Below, one piece after another: positions 47,701 through 60,807 of a stretch of 64,000 nucleotides of DNA. The position numbers and the translations under genes were made by a program. This DNA comes from Oopsacas minuta (taxonomy: Eukaryota; Animalia; Porifera), in contig JAKMXF010000312.1 of assembly GCA_024704765.1 (NCBI GenBank), forward strand, positions 186,001 to 250,000, written 5' to 3'. The notes under the pieces were generated by a model. That model saw only the letters and a program-made list of their open reading frames with translations, had not been told where the DNA came from and did no database searches. Each line of letters begins with the position of its first letter. The first letter of the stretch is position 1.

Positions 47701-49486
47701 GTATTAAGACAGCTGGCCTAGAGGAGAAGGCTACTGCTTGTCAGATGCTAGTGATATATGCCAGGTTAGTTACATAATTTCCGCTATGATAACATCGGTT
47801 ATGAGAACAGCTGGATATAAGCACCATCCTCTGGAAAACTGTCCTCATATATTCCTGTATATTATACCGGCTATAAAAACATGTATTGCTACTGCCAAGG
47901 GTGTTCTTATAACCGATATAAATGTACAGGAATATATGAGAACAGTTTTGCAGAGGATGGTGCTTATAACCGACACATTCTTATAACAGAATGTAATTTT
48001 ATTACTATCTAAATATCAGAGATTTGAAGGAAGGGTTCTCACAATATGCAGAGCAAGTATGTAAACTAATGATCCCACACTTAAAGTTCCTATTCCATGA
48101 GATGGTACGTGCGTGTGCAGCTGAATCTCTGCCACTTCTGTTAGAATGTGTTAAAGACACAGATCTGGATTCACTTCACAGAATGTGGAACATGATCAGG
48201 TCACAACTGTTGGAGGCTATTACCCTGGAGCCAGATGAAGAGATTCATGTTAGTATTAATGATAAATAGGTGTATGTTAGGAACTTCTACTAGATATTCT
48301 TTATGCGTATAGGCAATGATGCTTGATTCCCTCTGCAAATGTATCGACATGATGGGAGCAAACTGCTTCACTGCAGAGCAATACCAATCTCTAATAGATC
48401 TATTGAAGCAGAGTATTGCTACGTATGCGGAGAAGGCCAGAGAGAGAATGAATAAAAGGAGTGATGAGGATATTGATGAGGAGACAGAGGATAGTTTGTT
48501 AGGAGATACCGATGCAGAGGAGACCATCCTCACTAAGGTTAGGACTGTTAAAATTATCCGTTGTATAAATGGGGAAATTGAGGTTGAAAATTTTGAATGC
48601 CAATTTGGCGATTTCATAACTTTGTAATTGTGTAAATATTAAGCTTTGAAAGCACCTGTATTGTATCTCACATTCCTTATGCTCCGATCTGTAGGTAAGC
48701 GACTTAATGCACTCTCTATTCAGTACACACGAATCTGCTCTTCTCCCTTTCTTCAACCAACTCCTTCCTAGTTTTTCTACCATGCTAGGCCCTGATAGAC
48801 CTAAATGCGAGAGGCAATGGGCGATATGTATCTTCGATGATTTGGTAGAATTTGCTAGTGACGAGTGCCACATATATAAGGAAACATTTATCACACATTT
48901 ACAGACTTACGTTAATGACCCCGAACCAGAAATAAGACAAGCGGCAGCTTACGGACTGGGAATTATGTCAAAATGCCCACCGGAGCATTTTGGACAGACA
49001 TGTATCGATTCTCTTGCTTGCTTATCTCAGTGTATTTCCCGGGAAGGCGCCAGAGCTTCGCTATTCGACAGTTCTGCAACAGATAACGCTATATCAGCCG
49101 TAGCTAAAATATGCAAACATCTCCCACATTTAGTCCAATTTGAGACAATTCTCCCTCACTTTTTGTCCTGGTTGCCTATTGTTGAAGACCGTGAAGAAGC
49201 AGTGTTTGTGTATTCTTACTTATGTGAGTTAATCGAGGGTAACAATGAACATATATTAGGTCAAAACAACTCAAACCTTCCCAGAATTGTCGCAATATTC
49301 GCAGAATCATTTCGTCTGGAAACAACCTCAGAAGATATGCAATGTCACAACCGTATGCTCACGATAATCCAACACATACACACATCACCGCCTGTATGGG
49401 AGCTGTGTTCTCAATATCTTAATCAAGAGCAAAGACAAGCTCTCTCCGATGCACTCACTAATTCCGATTCACAAAATAGTTTCTAG
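44757..49486 (+). CDS. IPO5: Importin-5 (karyopherin beta-3/Kap121), multi-exon HEAT-repeat protein
   Basis: [10 protein letters not shown]; [13 protein letters not shown]; [14 protein letters not shown]; [16 protein letters not shown]; [21 protein letters not shown]; [12 protein letters not shown]; RQAAAYGLG; [12 protein letters not shown]; [14 protein letters not shown]. Confidence 0.96.
45232..45433. mobile_element. MITE family M4 (TIR CAGTGTAAC, TA flanks), 4 bp downstream of an IPO5 splice donor
   Basis: TA-cagtgtaacttc...gaggttacactg-TA, with internal inverted repeat ggaaaccgagtgaaaat / attttcactccgtttcc. Partial relatives at ~18163-18230 and ~43340-43408. Confidence 0.85.
46505..46700 (+). 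repeat. Degenerate (TTTG)n tract filling an IPO5 intron
   Basis: ~190 nt of tttg/ttgt repeats. Similar shorter tracts occur in many introns. Confidence 0.85.
47790..47995. mobile_element. Fold-back MITE family M2 in an IPO5 intron
   Basis: Long imperfect palindrome (caccatcctctggaaaactg..tatattcctgta / tacaggaatatat..cagttttgcagaggatggtg). Relatives at ~1880-1980, ~18780-18940 and ~24005-24100. Confidence 0.8.
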
Positions 49487-50660
49487 GCAACAGCAGCGAG
49501 ATTAAAATTATGACGTCAACGGAATGTTGATCGATTTCTATTAGAACAATTTTCAGTATGTGACTTTGCATTTCTTCCATTTAGTTCTATTTGTTATTAT
49601 TTATTAATTATTATTAATCAAAACGATTCTGATGAAGTTTAATAACTCAAGATCGTTGCATGATCAATAATTATTCATTTAATAATAGCATACATTCCTA
49701 TGACCACTACCGTTGCTGTGCAGAATCTCTAATCCCCAGAACATATTAAGTGTAACCTCCACGAATGGGGCTTGTGGAAACTGAGCGAAAAACACGGCGA
49801 ATTCCTACTCCCATACAAATAAACCTCCAAACACGGGGTAGCATTTCTCGGCGTCTCTGGCACTCCGTTGCTGACGTTTCACTATTCTTATTCTGGAATT
49901 TATTTCTGATACAAATATTACTAAATACACGACCCTCATATATCAGATACAAAGCTATCTCTATAAGCGCGGGGAATTCTATGATAATTTCTTGAATAAC
50001 CAATTTTTGTGCTAAACTTTGAAAATTCTGATTTGGGTTTCTCAGAGGAAAATTTATTCAAATTTTAAACAGCAACTTTAGGGAATATTATAAGAATCAA
50101 ATATTGAAAAGATCAGTCGTTGTGGGAAGTGGCTATACATATGAAATTATAAATGAGGAAGCAGGTGTTATCAGAACATTCGCCTCCCTCACTAATAGAT
50201 GTCCTACTGTATTGCTCCAAACGTTAATTCCCCCACAGTAGTACAGATCTATATTTGCTCTGACGGACTGGAATTAATTAATATTTACTATTTTCTGTTA
50301 ATGCACTCAGAAAAACAAATTTTACTCGATTTTTTCTGTGTCATTTCTAATTCACATATTCTTGTTACTTTCATTAATAAGCCATCAACCAGAAAACCTT
50401 TATATTAGAATTTTGGATCTAATTAATATTCTAAAGTTCATGTAATAATATATTTATAACACCTCTACACGTAGTTTAATAATATTGAATTACAAAGTCT
50501 TCATATGGCCATTCGGACGTATTGTGTGATATGCTACGTCCCGTGTTTCCTTTCACTCATGTTTGTAAGTGTGTGTTTGTATTATTGTTTATGGTTTACG
50601 TTCTTATTCGTTAGGTTCTGATGCGAATACTCGCTAGTCATTATAGTTAATCCTCTAGTC

Positions 50661-53600
50661 ATGGTATACAGTGTATTGAACTGTCTTTATAGATGCTATC
50701 AAATACCATTAACACGTAATCATTCGCCTGAGCCTGGAATAGAAACAAACAGTATAATGTTCTGTGAAAAATGTAAGAACCAAATTCAAGGATTGTTTAT
50801 GGTGAGTTGTTTGTTTGTTTTTTGTTGTTTTGGGATATGCAATTGTTTGTTTTATTAATATTTCGTATAGAATATTGGGAAGGATAGGTTCTTCCATCCT
50901 GAGTGCTTCTCGTGTACAAATTGTGGTCAGATGATTGGAGACTCACAGCAATATTCCAAATACCTAGAAACGTTGCTATGGTAAGTCAAGGACCAAATCT
51001 CTATAACTGTCGCAATCAGCAAATACAATAGCCTCCAACTGGGTCACTTCGGGACCGATCAACTGAGCTATATTAGTGGAAATACAGTTGACTCGCGTTA
51101 TATCAAAGTTTTAAATTGTACAAATAAGGTCCCAAACCGTCCAAGTAACATATATCCTATCAGTTATATCAAAGTAATTGTAGAGCTTCGATATAGCAGG
51201 AGTTGACTGTATTTATTTGTCGCAAGTTTGAAATTCAAAATCCATAGTTCTAACAGCTTTGACGGTCTATTGGGTGATTACTTAGAGATTTATTTCTTAT
51301 ATAAATAGCTGCTAGAGCGTGGCAATAATATACGAAACGAATTTAATCTTGAAAATGATATTTCTTCAAATATGTGTGAATTTTTTCCGAGCTTCTAAAC
51401 ATCTCTCAAAACGAAAGAGGAAAAGGTAATTTTATTATGATTAAAATGTGATTAGAACTGTCAAAAAAGGTGTTAATTAGCTTCACACCTTTGTTTATAC
51501 ATACAATGCAGCCTCTATAAGTTGGGAATGAAGCATATTCAACCAACACCCCTAGCATATTATAACAATCAAACATCATTAAGAAAACAGTCATTTGAGG
51601 AAGTGGCTATACATATGCTCTGTTGAAATTATAAATGGGAATAGGGTGTTAACAGGAGATTCGCCGGCGCGACCTTCCCCACTTACAGAGTTTCTATAGT
51701 ATAGTTTATCTATGCAAGGTTACTACCATTTTTGTTAACTTTGATGTTCACGTATATAATTCTAATCATATAAGTTCTTAGAATTATCTCCCGTAAATAA
51801 TCGTGTCATTAAGTTCATTAGAAAAATATTGTACAGTCAACTCCTGTCATATCGAAGCTCAAGGGACCGTGATAATTACTTCCATATAACCAATGGAATA
51901 TATGTTACTCTGACGGTTTAAGCGGGTATGTCGATATATCCGTGTTGGATATAACGCGAGTTGTCTGTAGCTTTTTACAATACATATTTACATTCATTTT
52001 AGAGTACAAACGCTTCTCTAGTCCTATTTCCCTCTCACTAATTCGATTAAGAAAGTAGTCATAATTTCTAGAAAAGAAGTGTTTTGTAGCCTAATCTATT
52101 AGCGGTATTAGCAGTGTATTCCTTTAGATATTTTGTCTGCAGTAATGCCGTGTAATATTTATTGAAAACTATATATTCTGGTCTCGGGGGTATTTTACAA
52201 CCTCAGCAAGGAGTTTCCTAAACTACGGATCGGTTAATTTGGAATGCGAACTGATTACAAAATAGTATTTCTTTAAATTTACTATTAGCAATGGTTTAGA
52301 TATTAAAATTACCACTTAGCTAATTCCAAATATAGCAGACATAGTTTAGCTTATCAGGGGATGTGACCAACTTTAGAGATTAATTACAAATGTTGAAATG
52401 TAATTCGTCACTAACTTTATTATCCTACAAACAACTCATACACTATAGTTACGCTGAGAATTGGCAGATTAATCAATTCTCAGCATAACTAATCTGTGAC
52501 GCTAAATGCTTACAGAATATTTTATAATATTAACGGCAAATAATCTTGAAAATTTTCATAATCATTCGAGGAAACCTAACTCTACTTTTCTCGGTTTTAT
52601 AATGTCTGCAGAATTAAATTGCCTTTCCATTTATGTCAATGTAAGATCTAATTTCGAGTATTTCAATGCTTGATTGTATTAAACTGTATTACACTGGTTT
52701 CTGAGAATATTTACTGATTCGTTTTTGAATTAGAATTACGTAAAGATTATATAAACGCCGTCCCTGTTTCTGAGAACTAATTTTCTCAGAAAATATTGCC
52801 CTTATTGTACCGAACAATTGAAGATTATTTCAACCAATCAATTCCGAGTAAATAAGCGCCGATTCTATTTAAGGCGCGCAGGTGTAAGTTATGATTTGAT
52901 TGGCTGTTTTCTGGCGCATTATCGGCCTATTGTCTTAAACAGCTTCCCCTTACGAATGTCTGTTCACCTGTCTTTGACCGATCCAACTGGTAAACTCTAT
53001 TACTTAATTATTATCAAGTTTGTTTACACTATACCAGGCGGTTTCCAACTTGGATTGATCCTTGGTGGTTCGCGAACGGCAGCAGGGGGTCCACAGGATC
53101 TCAAAATTTGTATTGAAGTCTATGCAATAGGTACACAAGGGCTCCACAGGTGAAGGATTTGGTTTGCATTATTTTTTGGAATTTTCAATTAATTTAGCGC
53201 CATTTTTCCCTGCGTTTATTACATTTTTTTGCGGCATTTTCCAATGAAAATATTTACACTTTCTTATACGATTTATTAATGGGTCTTTTATATCCGGTAC
53301 AAGAAGCTCTCTCATTTTTTACCCCCTTCCCTGTGTGAAGACGATCCCTTCTGCTCGATCTTGAGTCAATCATTTAATACACATATCTGTCATATGAACA
53401 GGAAGTATAATAAATTCGCTGCTCTTCCAGAGTATCATAGTAAATATAATTTTTATGATTTCGCCTCGTCAAAAGAAACTGAGTAGGATAAATCACCCGA
53501 AAATACTTGAATTATTTGAACTCAATACTCGCCTTATAGATTACATTTACATATGTTTGCATGTAGTATTTTCCACATACCATTGCTGAATAATCACATT

Positions 53601-55517
53601 CTTGTGGTCTACAAACACTATTCAGTTGTTCATTAATAAATAGAAATATGGATACCTTAACCTGTCACAAAAGGTTGTCAGATAACGAACTATTATTGAT
53701 AGGGATATTAGAATACCCCTAATATCCTACCAGAGATAAATAGGTGAATAGAATTACTTTCTAAAGACATATAGTGTCAAGATGTATATGTATTGCTTAT
53801 GAATATATAGCAGACTGTTATAACTGTGTGTCAAGATAAGATGAGCAGCTAGCCAGTGTTGAGTAGAACTGTGGAAATGTTTTAGTTAGCTATATCATGC
53901 AATTAGAGTTTATAAACACACTCAAACTTGAGATCGAAGCTCAATGCACCGCGATAATTACTTCAATAAAACCAATAAAATATATATTACTTTAACTGTT
54001 CGTGACCATATTTGTACAATTTGACACTTCGGTATAAGCGGGCATTTGGATAGATTCGTGTTCGAGTTGACTGTATCTATATCTTACTAATTGCTACACC
54101 ATACGTCCAATGAATTCCCCTATGACCGAATGAACTTAAGTTCATAGAACTTCGTTTTTAGGAGTATTAATTATAAATAATTAGGAATGAATTGCAATGT
54201 GTATACTCACTCTAGTGGGAAATGTTCTCAGAGGAAAAGTCCGCCTCATTCAAACACCAAGAATGACATTAATACAACAAGGAAGTTCTCTAACAGTCAC
54301 GTATTCCGTACATACGTCCCTAGAGCTTACATCAATGGATTGGAATTTGATTTGTTTGATACAGCTAAGAGGAAGATTTACCAATCAGGCCAGTTAGAGT
54401 ATTCAGATGGATTAACCACGGAATTATTCGTCAGAAGGTAATTGAATTAATTCCTTAATACTTATTTTAGAAATCTGTAAGATCATTTACAAAGGTTCAC
54501 TGTATTATCTTGCATTCCTGTGGTAGGCTACCATCACTATGGTATTTTTAGTAGTTTATGAATATATTCCAGAATGTTTTCCTTAGCTCAGTGTATAGTT
54601 AGCTCATTTTAATGGAAATTGTCTCCATGACAGACAAACATTATTTTAGATATTTCTTTAATTACTGGCCACATAACAGAGTGTCAAATTTGAATATAAT
54701 TAGTAGTGGCGTGTCCAACAATAATCATTGGAATTGAAATAATTGCTCTTTCAATAAGACAAAAATTGCAAAAGTCAGTTCAGTTCAGGTGTCATGAAAA
54801 GGCGGTACGACGGGCCAATATTCCTAATGCGACACCTTTCATACTATGATTTCAAGATTACTACACAAATACTACTACTAAAGTATCATCTCGTTTATAT
54901 GAATACCAACGGACACGTTGGGGATATCGCTTCTGTCCGTTTAAGGAGTTGTCCGCTTCTCGGAGACTGCTAAAGTATTACATTCATGATTACTAATTCA
55001 ATTCGTTCCAGGAGGCTTGTCCGCTTCTCGGGGTGTCCTTTACGGGAGACTCCACTGATTTTGTGAGAATATTAATTCGTCTTATCCAGAAATTCGTATG
55101 AACGAAGTTCCACTATAATTAGAAATATTTTCAATAAATATAGCTAACAAATTCCAATTTCACTAATAATAATGAAATTTGTGAGTGTTTAGTTTATGAG
55201 CTGTATTTTGCCCTGTCAACATAACTATGTATTTCTATAATTAATGAATTGCTTAACCCGTATTTAAGCTCATAATTACGTCTCTTATCATTGTTATTGT
55301 GTAATTCAATCGCTATTTTCACCGAATGATATTGTGAATTTCTTAGAAAGTGCTATATTACATTTTTGATAATTCAGAATCTCTCATAATTATTATTTTC
55401 TAAAGTCAGTTAGATTTTCCACTTTTCGAACTTCAAAAATTCCAAAAATTTCCGGCAGTTTTCGGTGTTATATTCCACAATTTTGGGTCATATACGATAG
55501 AGCAATTACCCTTGTCA

Positions 55518-55553
<36 letters not shown>

Positions 55554-58500
55554 GTAACCCTTGGGTCAAGTTCTATCGAGCTGTCTTTGCAATCTAATCT
55601 TCATAATTACTCATTAATAATTCAAATGAATTTATTTGATTAGAGATATCTTCTCAAGGTTTTGTTATCCTAACGCTATTTCTTTTATCCGTTTAACATA
55701 CGTATAGGCTTCTTTATTATATAAATAGTCATCCATCATTTAGAGTTCCAGACAATATAAATTGTGGAGTATTCCAACTTGAATCTGACGACAGAATCCT
55801 GGAAATAGAGGGTGTATTAATTCTCAATCAATCAATCCAAGATGTAAGTTGTATACTATGACCGTAGGAAATGATCTGTTTGGTCCAGTTTCAATTGAAC
55901 CAAGGGTATCAATATTGCCAGTGGCAGTCAGAGAGTATATGGAGCCAAAAGGAGCATTAATTTGAAAATTCTGGCCCCGAGTCAGCCCCATCTAGGCAAA
56001 TTCAAATTTTCCCTCAATGACTTGCTAACTATATCTTACAAATGATCGAATATTTGCTAGACGTGAACATACGTATTGTTCTATAACGAATAATTGCCCA
56101 ACGCTATCAGTCAGGCCACTTAAGATTACTCGAGCAGAATACGAATAGAATACATTTCATTATGACTAAACTGTTGCCACAGGAAACATACCATTACACT
56201 AGTAATGAGCTCTGAAGGCTAAATTAAGTCAAATGATTTCATTTGAATTCGAAACTCTACCATGCGGTTACCCCCTCATTAATTATATGAATTACTTCAC
56301 ACCAAATATGGCTATACACTATCCTTGCAGTTAATTACTAGACAAGGTGAATTACAGTAAACTCTCGGTTATAACGAAGTGCTCGAACCCCGGTTTCATT
56401 TCGTTATCCGCTGAGTTAATCAATTTTTTTCAAGCTATATTGGGTAGAGAATCACTTCGTTACAACATCAGTTCCGTTATATCCGATTTGGCTATAACAG
56501 GCGTTTATTGTGTATGGAATTTTTTGTAAGAATGTGAACTATTCCTAGTTTCAGGTCGTGTCATTAAAATAGAATTCTTTTAATACAAAAGGCAGCCACT
56601 TCAGAATTAAAATTACATCAAAACACAATTTTGAAAGGTAGTCAACTTGTAAACAAATTTTTGTTTACATATTTGCATTTCAAGTCATCAATATTTACAA
56701 ATTAACAAATAATAGCTCTTTAGTATTGTAAATTTCCAATAATACATGACCAATGGAACCCCTGCTGTAGTCCGTGGACCGCCAACGAGTCGAGTCGATG
56801 GACCCCAGGTGGCGCTGACAGTTTTTGGGTCAATCTATAAATAGAAATCTCAAATCCTTTGCTAATGATTCGTAGTATTCCTAATAAATTGCTTCACTTT
56901 AACACTCGATTTCTGTTTTATATTTAGAATTCTTCAAATGTATAAATTTCCTCTTTTTAGTTCCAAGAATTATTTCAGAATTTGAACACAACAATGGTTA
57001 GCATTGTGATTGAAAGGAAAATTCCCGGACAAGCTATGACCCCAAATATCCCTCTGGAGAATATATCACATAACAACCAATGTAGACCACAGGAATGCAA
57101 GGAAGACAACCTTGTTAATCAACCTCAAACTCAGAGACATATTGAAGCAACAAGGAAGAAAGCTTTCCCTGTGAAAGATAAACAAACTGAAATACCAAAC
57201 AATACAAATCAACATTCAACACTCACAAAAGCAAGCGGGTATCCTACTCACACCCTCCAGATGGATAACCAATCAGATTCAAGAGTTACATCTACGCAAA
57301 CCGTCCAAATGCCTGCCCCCAGCATGAAGTTCAGTTTTTCAGCTCCAGACCCCTCTGATAGTAATGGCAGCGAGGAGTACTGTTCCTCACAGGGCGAATT
57401 CACACCTCCGATAGATGACATGGATGATCTCACTACACGTAGCGAAACTGCTCTCGCCTCCATTCCTAATCTGTGAGTTATTTGTTGTTATCTATTATTT
57501 GAAAACTGCAATAGTATTTACACAAATATCGTTAAGACGAACACCCGTTTGTGTTCGTAATAACGAAGTTCCACTGTTTACTACATGTTTACATGTTTTG
57601 TTTACTTAATGTTTAGTGAATGGAAGTTAGAATCGAGTAGCTCTTTAGCGACAGGTCTCTCTCGCCTCAATGCCCTGAGGACTGAAGATTCTAATTCTAT
57701 ACGAAGGAGCAGTAACGACGGATTTCTATTCAGACCTTCTGATCTAATTCTCGGCCGTTCTCTTGGGAATGGATTCTTTGGCCAAGTATATTTGGTAAGT
57801 ATACTATACCGCTATACTTAATATAGTGCTTCCCAATCTGGCCTCTTGGTGGTCCACGGATGACAGCATGTCTCTGACACTTTCTTTTTCCCAATAGAGC
57901 ATTTGTAAATTCACTCTTTTCACCGAAAACTGGAATTTTTGGCAAATTGTAGTGTACAGTAAAATAGTGTTAATTTACATCGGTTAATTGTGCCAACACC
58001 TTTATTCCTCTTAATCGGGTCAAAATAGCCTGTTCCCGACGTGACACTATTAATCGGAATCTGCTATTATACATATCACACATGAATAGGTAACAGACTC
58101 AATAACTGGTAAGAAATATGCTATGAAACAGTTAACTCGAGAAGACAGCTGTTCTTTCAAGAAGGAGCTGACAATATTAAAGAGTTTAAGTCATCCAAAT
58201 ATTCTCAGATTTATCGGTGTATTTCTACCAGAAAAAGGTGGCATCAGTTTAATTACAGAATTCCTAGACGGAGGGACTCTAAACTCAGTCATCTGTAAGA
58301 AGGTTTGTTTATTTCATACTTACAACTTACCAACTTTCTGACAGAAAACCGTCGTTTTTCTATGATATTTTTAGTGGTTTTTAAGTTCGATCGAAGCGTG
58401 TTAAATATTGGTAATCCATGGAGAATAGTTAGGACAGTGGTTTGTCTAGGCGTGCCAGATCAGCAGCCACATCGAAGGACACAAAGTGTCGACCGTGAGT

Positions 58501-60051
58501 CTCAAATTTACACAGGATCAATATGCGACTCTGCCATCCGAAGGGGGGAAAATCCATGTATAAACACCTGATACAGTAGTATATCATATGAGCAACATCT
58601 AAGACAGTTGTTGGACAATCGAGTGTAATTATTTAATATTGTATTCTAGGAGACATTTCCTTGGTTAGATCGTATCAGAATAGCTAGAGATATTGCTGCA
58701 GGAATGGTAAGCTTACTTGTTTGTTGTTTACTGTTTGTTTATCTTTGTTATAATTTTAGGATTATCTACATGAACACATTATAGTACACAGAGATTTAAA
58801 TTCACACAATGTGCTTTTAAGAAAGGTAATTACAAGGTGTTAACCATATTATTAATACTCTGTTAATATACACATATATGGTGTTACTATATGCATAATC
58901 TTATGAGCTCATCCATAGGACTTGACAGCTGTTGTCGCAGACTTTGGTTTGGCACGGACGGTCGAGGGAGAAGCCTTGAAGCCAGTGAATTCACTGAGAT
59001 TCAAGTCCAAACGTAATAATTGTAAAACAACCACAAAACCCATCACGATGGGAGTTAAAACTATTAAACGGAAGATGACTATTGTAGGCTCGATGGCTTG
59101 GATGGCACCGGAGATGATGAAAGGTGAGTGTAGTTGTGTTGTTTATTGTTTGTAAACAAGGGTAAACAACTGATAATACAGTAGACCTAGTAAGCAGAAG
59201 TCCACAATATTCAATTTAATTCTACCCTTTACGTAATACTTGCAAGTTAAGTCATGAATATTTCTTTAATGAAGCAAACTTTTCGGTATATTACCTCATT
59301 GTTACTACATAACATATAACATCTGGTCAGAGGTGTCAATTTCTAATCAGCATTTATTGAATCAATCCATCCCAAACAATAGAATTGTCCTTTAAGCTTT
59401 TTTGTTTTGTTTCTAGAGAAATTGTATAATGAAATGGTAGATGTGTATAGTTTTGGAATTATTCTCTGTGAGGTAAGTCATGTTTGTTTGTTTGTCTGTT
59501 TGCTTGCTTGGTTGCTTGTTATTTTATTTGTTTATTTATTTGTTGTTTAGCTGCTGTCTAGACTGAACCCAGATCCTGACTTTATGCCAAGAAACAGGGT
59601 AAATATATTGATAAACAAAATTATGTAGCATTTGTTTACTTGTTTATTTGTTTAGGAATATATTGTTGATTGGCCTAATTTCCTTCCAAAACTCCCGCCC
59701 AATTGTCCATCACTACTTATAGGGTTAGCCCAACATACAACACAAGATGATTCAGACTACAGGTAAATACAAGATTAATCATATTTTGACACGTTTGATA
59801 AATACCCGAACAGATAGATAAACAGACACAAACAAACAAACAGGAAGACAGACAAATAAACAAACAAACAAACAAACAAACAAGCAAACAAACAAACAGA
59901 CAACAATTGCGAATTTATTAATATATATTATTCTATTTATAGACCTCCGTTTGAAGTTTGTCACATAGCTTTACAAGATTTATACAATCAAATGGATCTG
60001 AATCAATCTATCAATACAGATTACCACGATTGTCTATCTCTACTATATTAA
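50661..60051 (+). CDS. LIMK: LIM domain kinase (LIM-PDZ-kinase), multi-exon
   Basis: LIM CEKC..FFHPECFSCTNC..LLCGKC; PDZ DRILEIEG (55745-55843); kinase FRPSDLILGRSLGNGFFG, HRDLNSHN, VADFGLAR, WMAPEM, DVYSFGIILCE, RLNPDPDFMPR; stop at 60049-60051. The start codon is uncertain. Confidence 0.92.
51085..51209 (-). mobile_element. MITE family M1, inverted copy
   Basis: TA-cagttgactcgcgttatatc...gatatagcaggagttgactg-TA; the interior is the reverse complement of M1. Confidence 0.88.
51834..51967 (+). mobile_element. MITE family M1 (TIR CAGTCAACTCCTGTTATATC, TA target duplication; Tc1/mariner-pogo type), full copy
   Basis: TA-cagtcaactcc...gcgagttgtctg-TA. Related copies at ~598-986 (split), 22463-22613, ~30300-30368, ~31905-31985, 51085-51209, ~53918-54073, 60672-60790 and ~62270-62374. 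Confidence 0.9.
55520..55551. repeat. (TA)n microsatellite, ~15 units
   Basis: Direct reading. Confidence 0.95.
56354..56510. mobile_element. Additional Tigger-like MITE remnant
   Basis: tacagtaaactctcggttataacg at the left and gctataacaggcgtttattgtg at the right form imperfect TIRs. Confidence 0.5.
59810..59905 (+). repeat. (AAAC)n tract in the last LIMK intron; another at 62887-62928
   Basis: Direct reading. Confidence 0.9.
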
Positions 60052-60807
60052 TGAAGAATTAACCATGGATGATAGAGAGTTGTAATTTATTTGTGAGAGA
60101 TGTTATGAGTATTATTTTGAAAATGTTTGGAGAGAGTTTTATTTGGCTAATTGGTAATTAAATTCAACGTTGATTGCTTTCATCAATTGTAGGAATATAT
60201 ATTTAAAATGTGTCGAATAAACGCCAGCAAAGAGGTGTCAGATTGTGGCACGGTGGCATATTTTTGTAAGAAATAAACATTCCTGGGAATTTTCGAAATA
60301 CAGGAAATTATTTGGTAAGTAAGGGTAAATGCCATTTTTGATATTTCAGTAATTTAGAAGGGGCAGGTGTTTGATCATAAGTAAGATAACACTGCCCTTT
60401 ATCATTGCTTTTAAGGAGATTCTTTTGAAACTTGTAATCTACGTTGGTAAAGGAGGAGTTGATTATTACCAACTGGGATCGTCTGACGTCTAAACAGCCC
60501 ATAACACGCTACATAACTATTGAATAACAAGCTACACCTTTTAAGATATCTTATTTCAATTATACAACGTAATATTTGTTATTATCAGAGGTTATATTTC
60601 ACAAAATTGTCCGATACTATGAAAGACAATGGGACAGTTCGTTATTTGCTGTTTTAAACTTGTTACCGATACAGTCAACTCCTGTTATATCAAAGCTCAA
60701 GGGACCGTGATAATAACTTCGATATGACTGATGAGATATTTGTTATTTCGAAGGTTTGGGACAATATTTGTACAATTCGATATAACACTATATTAATATT
60801 AATAGCC

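Noticed and set aside
47738-47986. 82-aa ORF, and similar ORFs at 52818-53153 and 60724-60807
   Set aside because: They overlap MITE sequence and lack coding signatures.
49700-49880. GC-richer island with AAACACGGGG..CATT resembling the RNase MRP CR-V motif and a possible P4 partner (ctaatcccc)
   Set aside because: No GARAR loop or CR-IV, and too little room for P2/P3. Translations in all frames contain stops and match nothing I recognise. An Infernal search with the RNase MRP model would settle it.
60308-60502. 64-aa minus-strand ORF between LIMK and the BICDR-like gene
   Set aside because: No homology recognised. The plus strand carries splice-like signals more consistent with non-coding 5' UTR exons.
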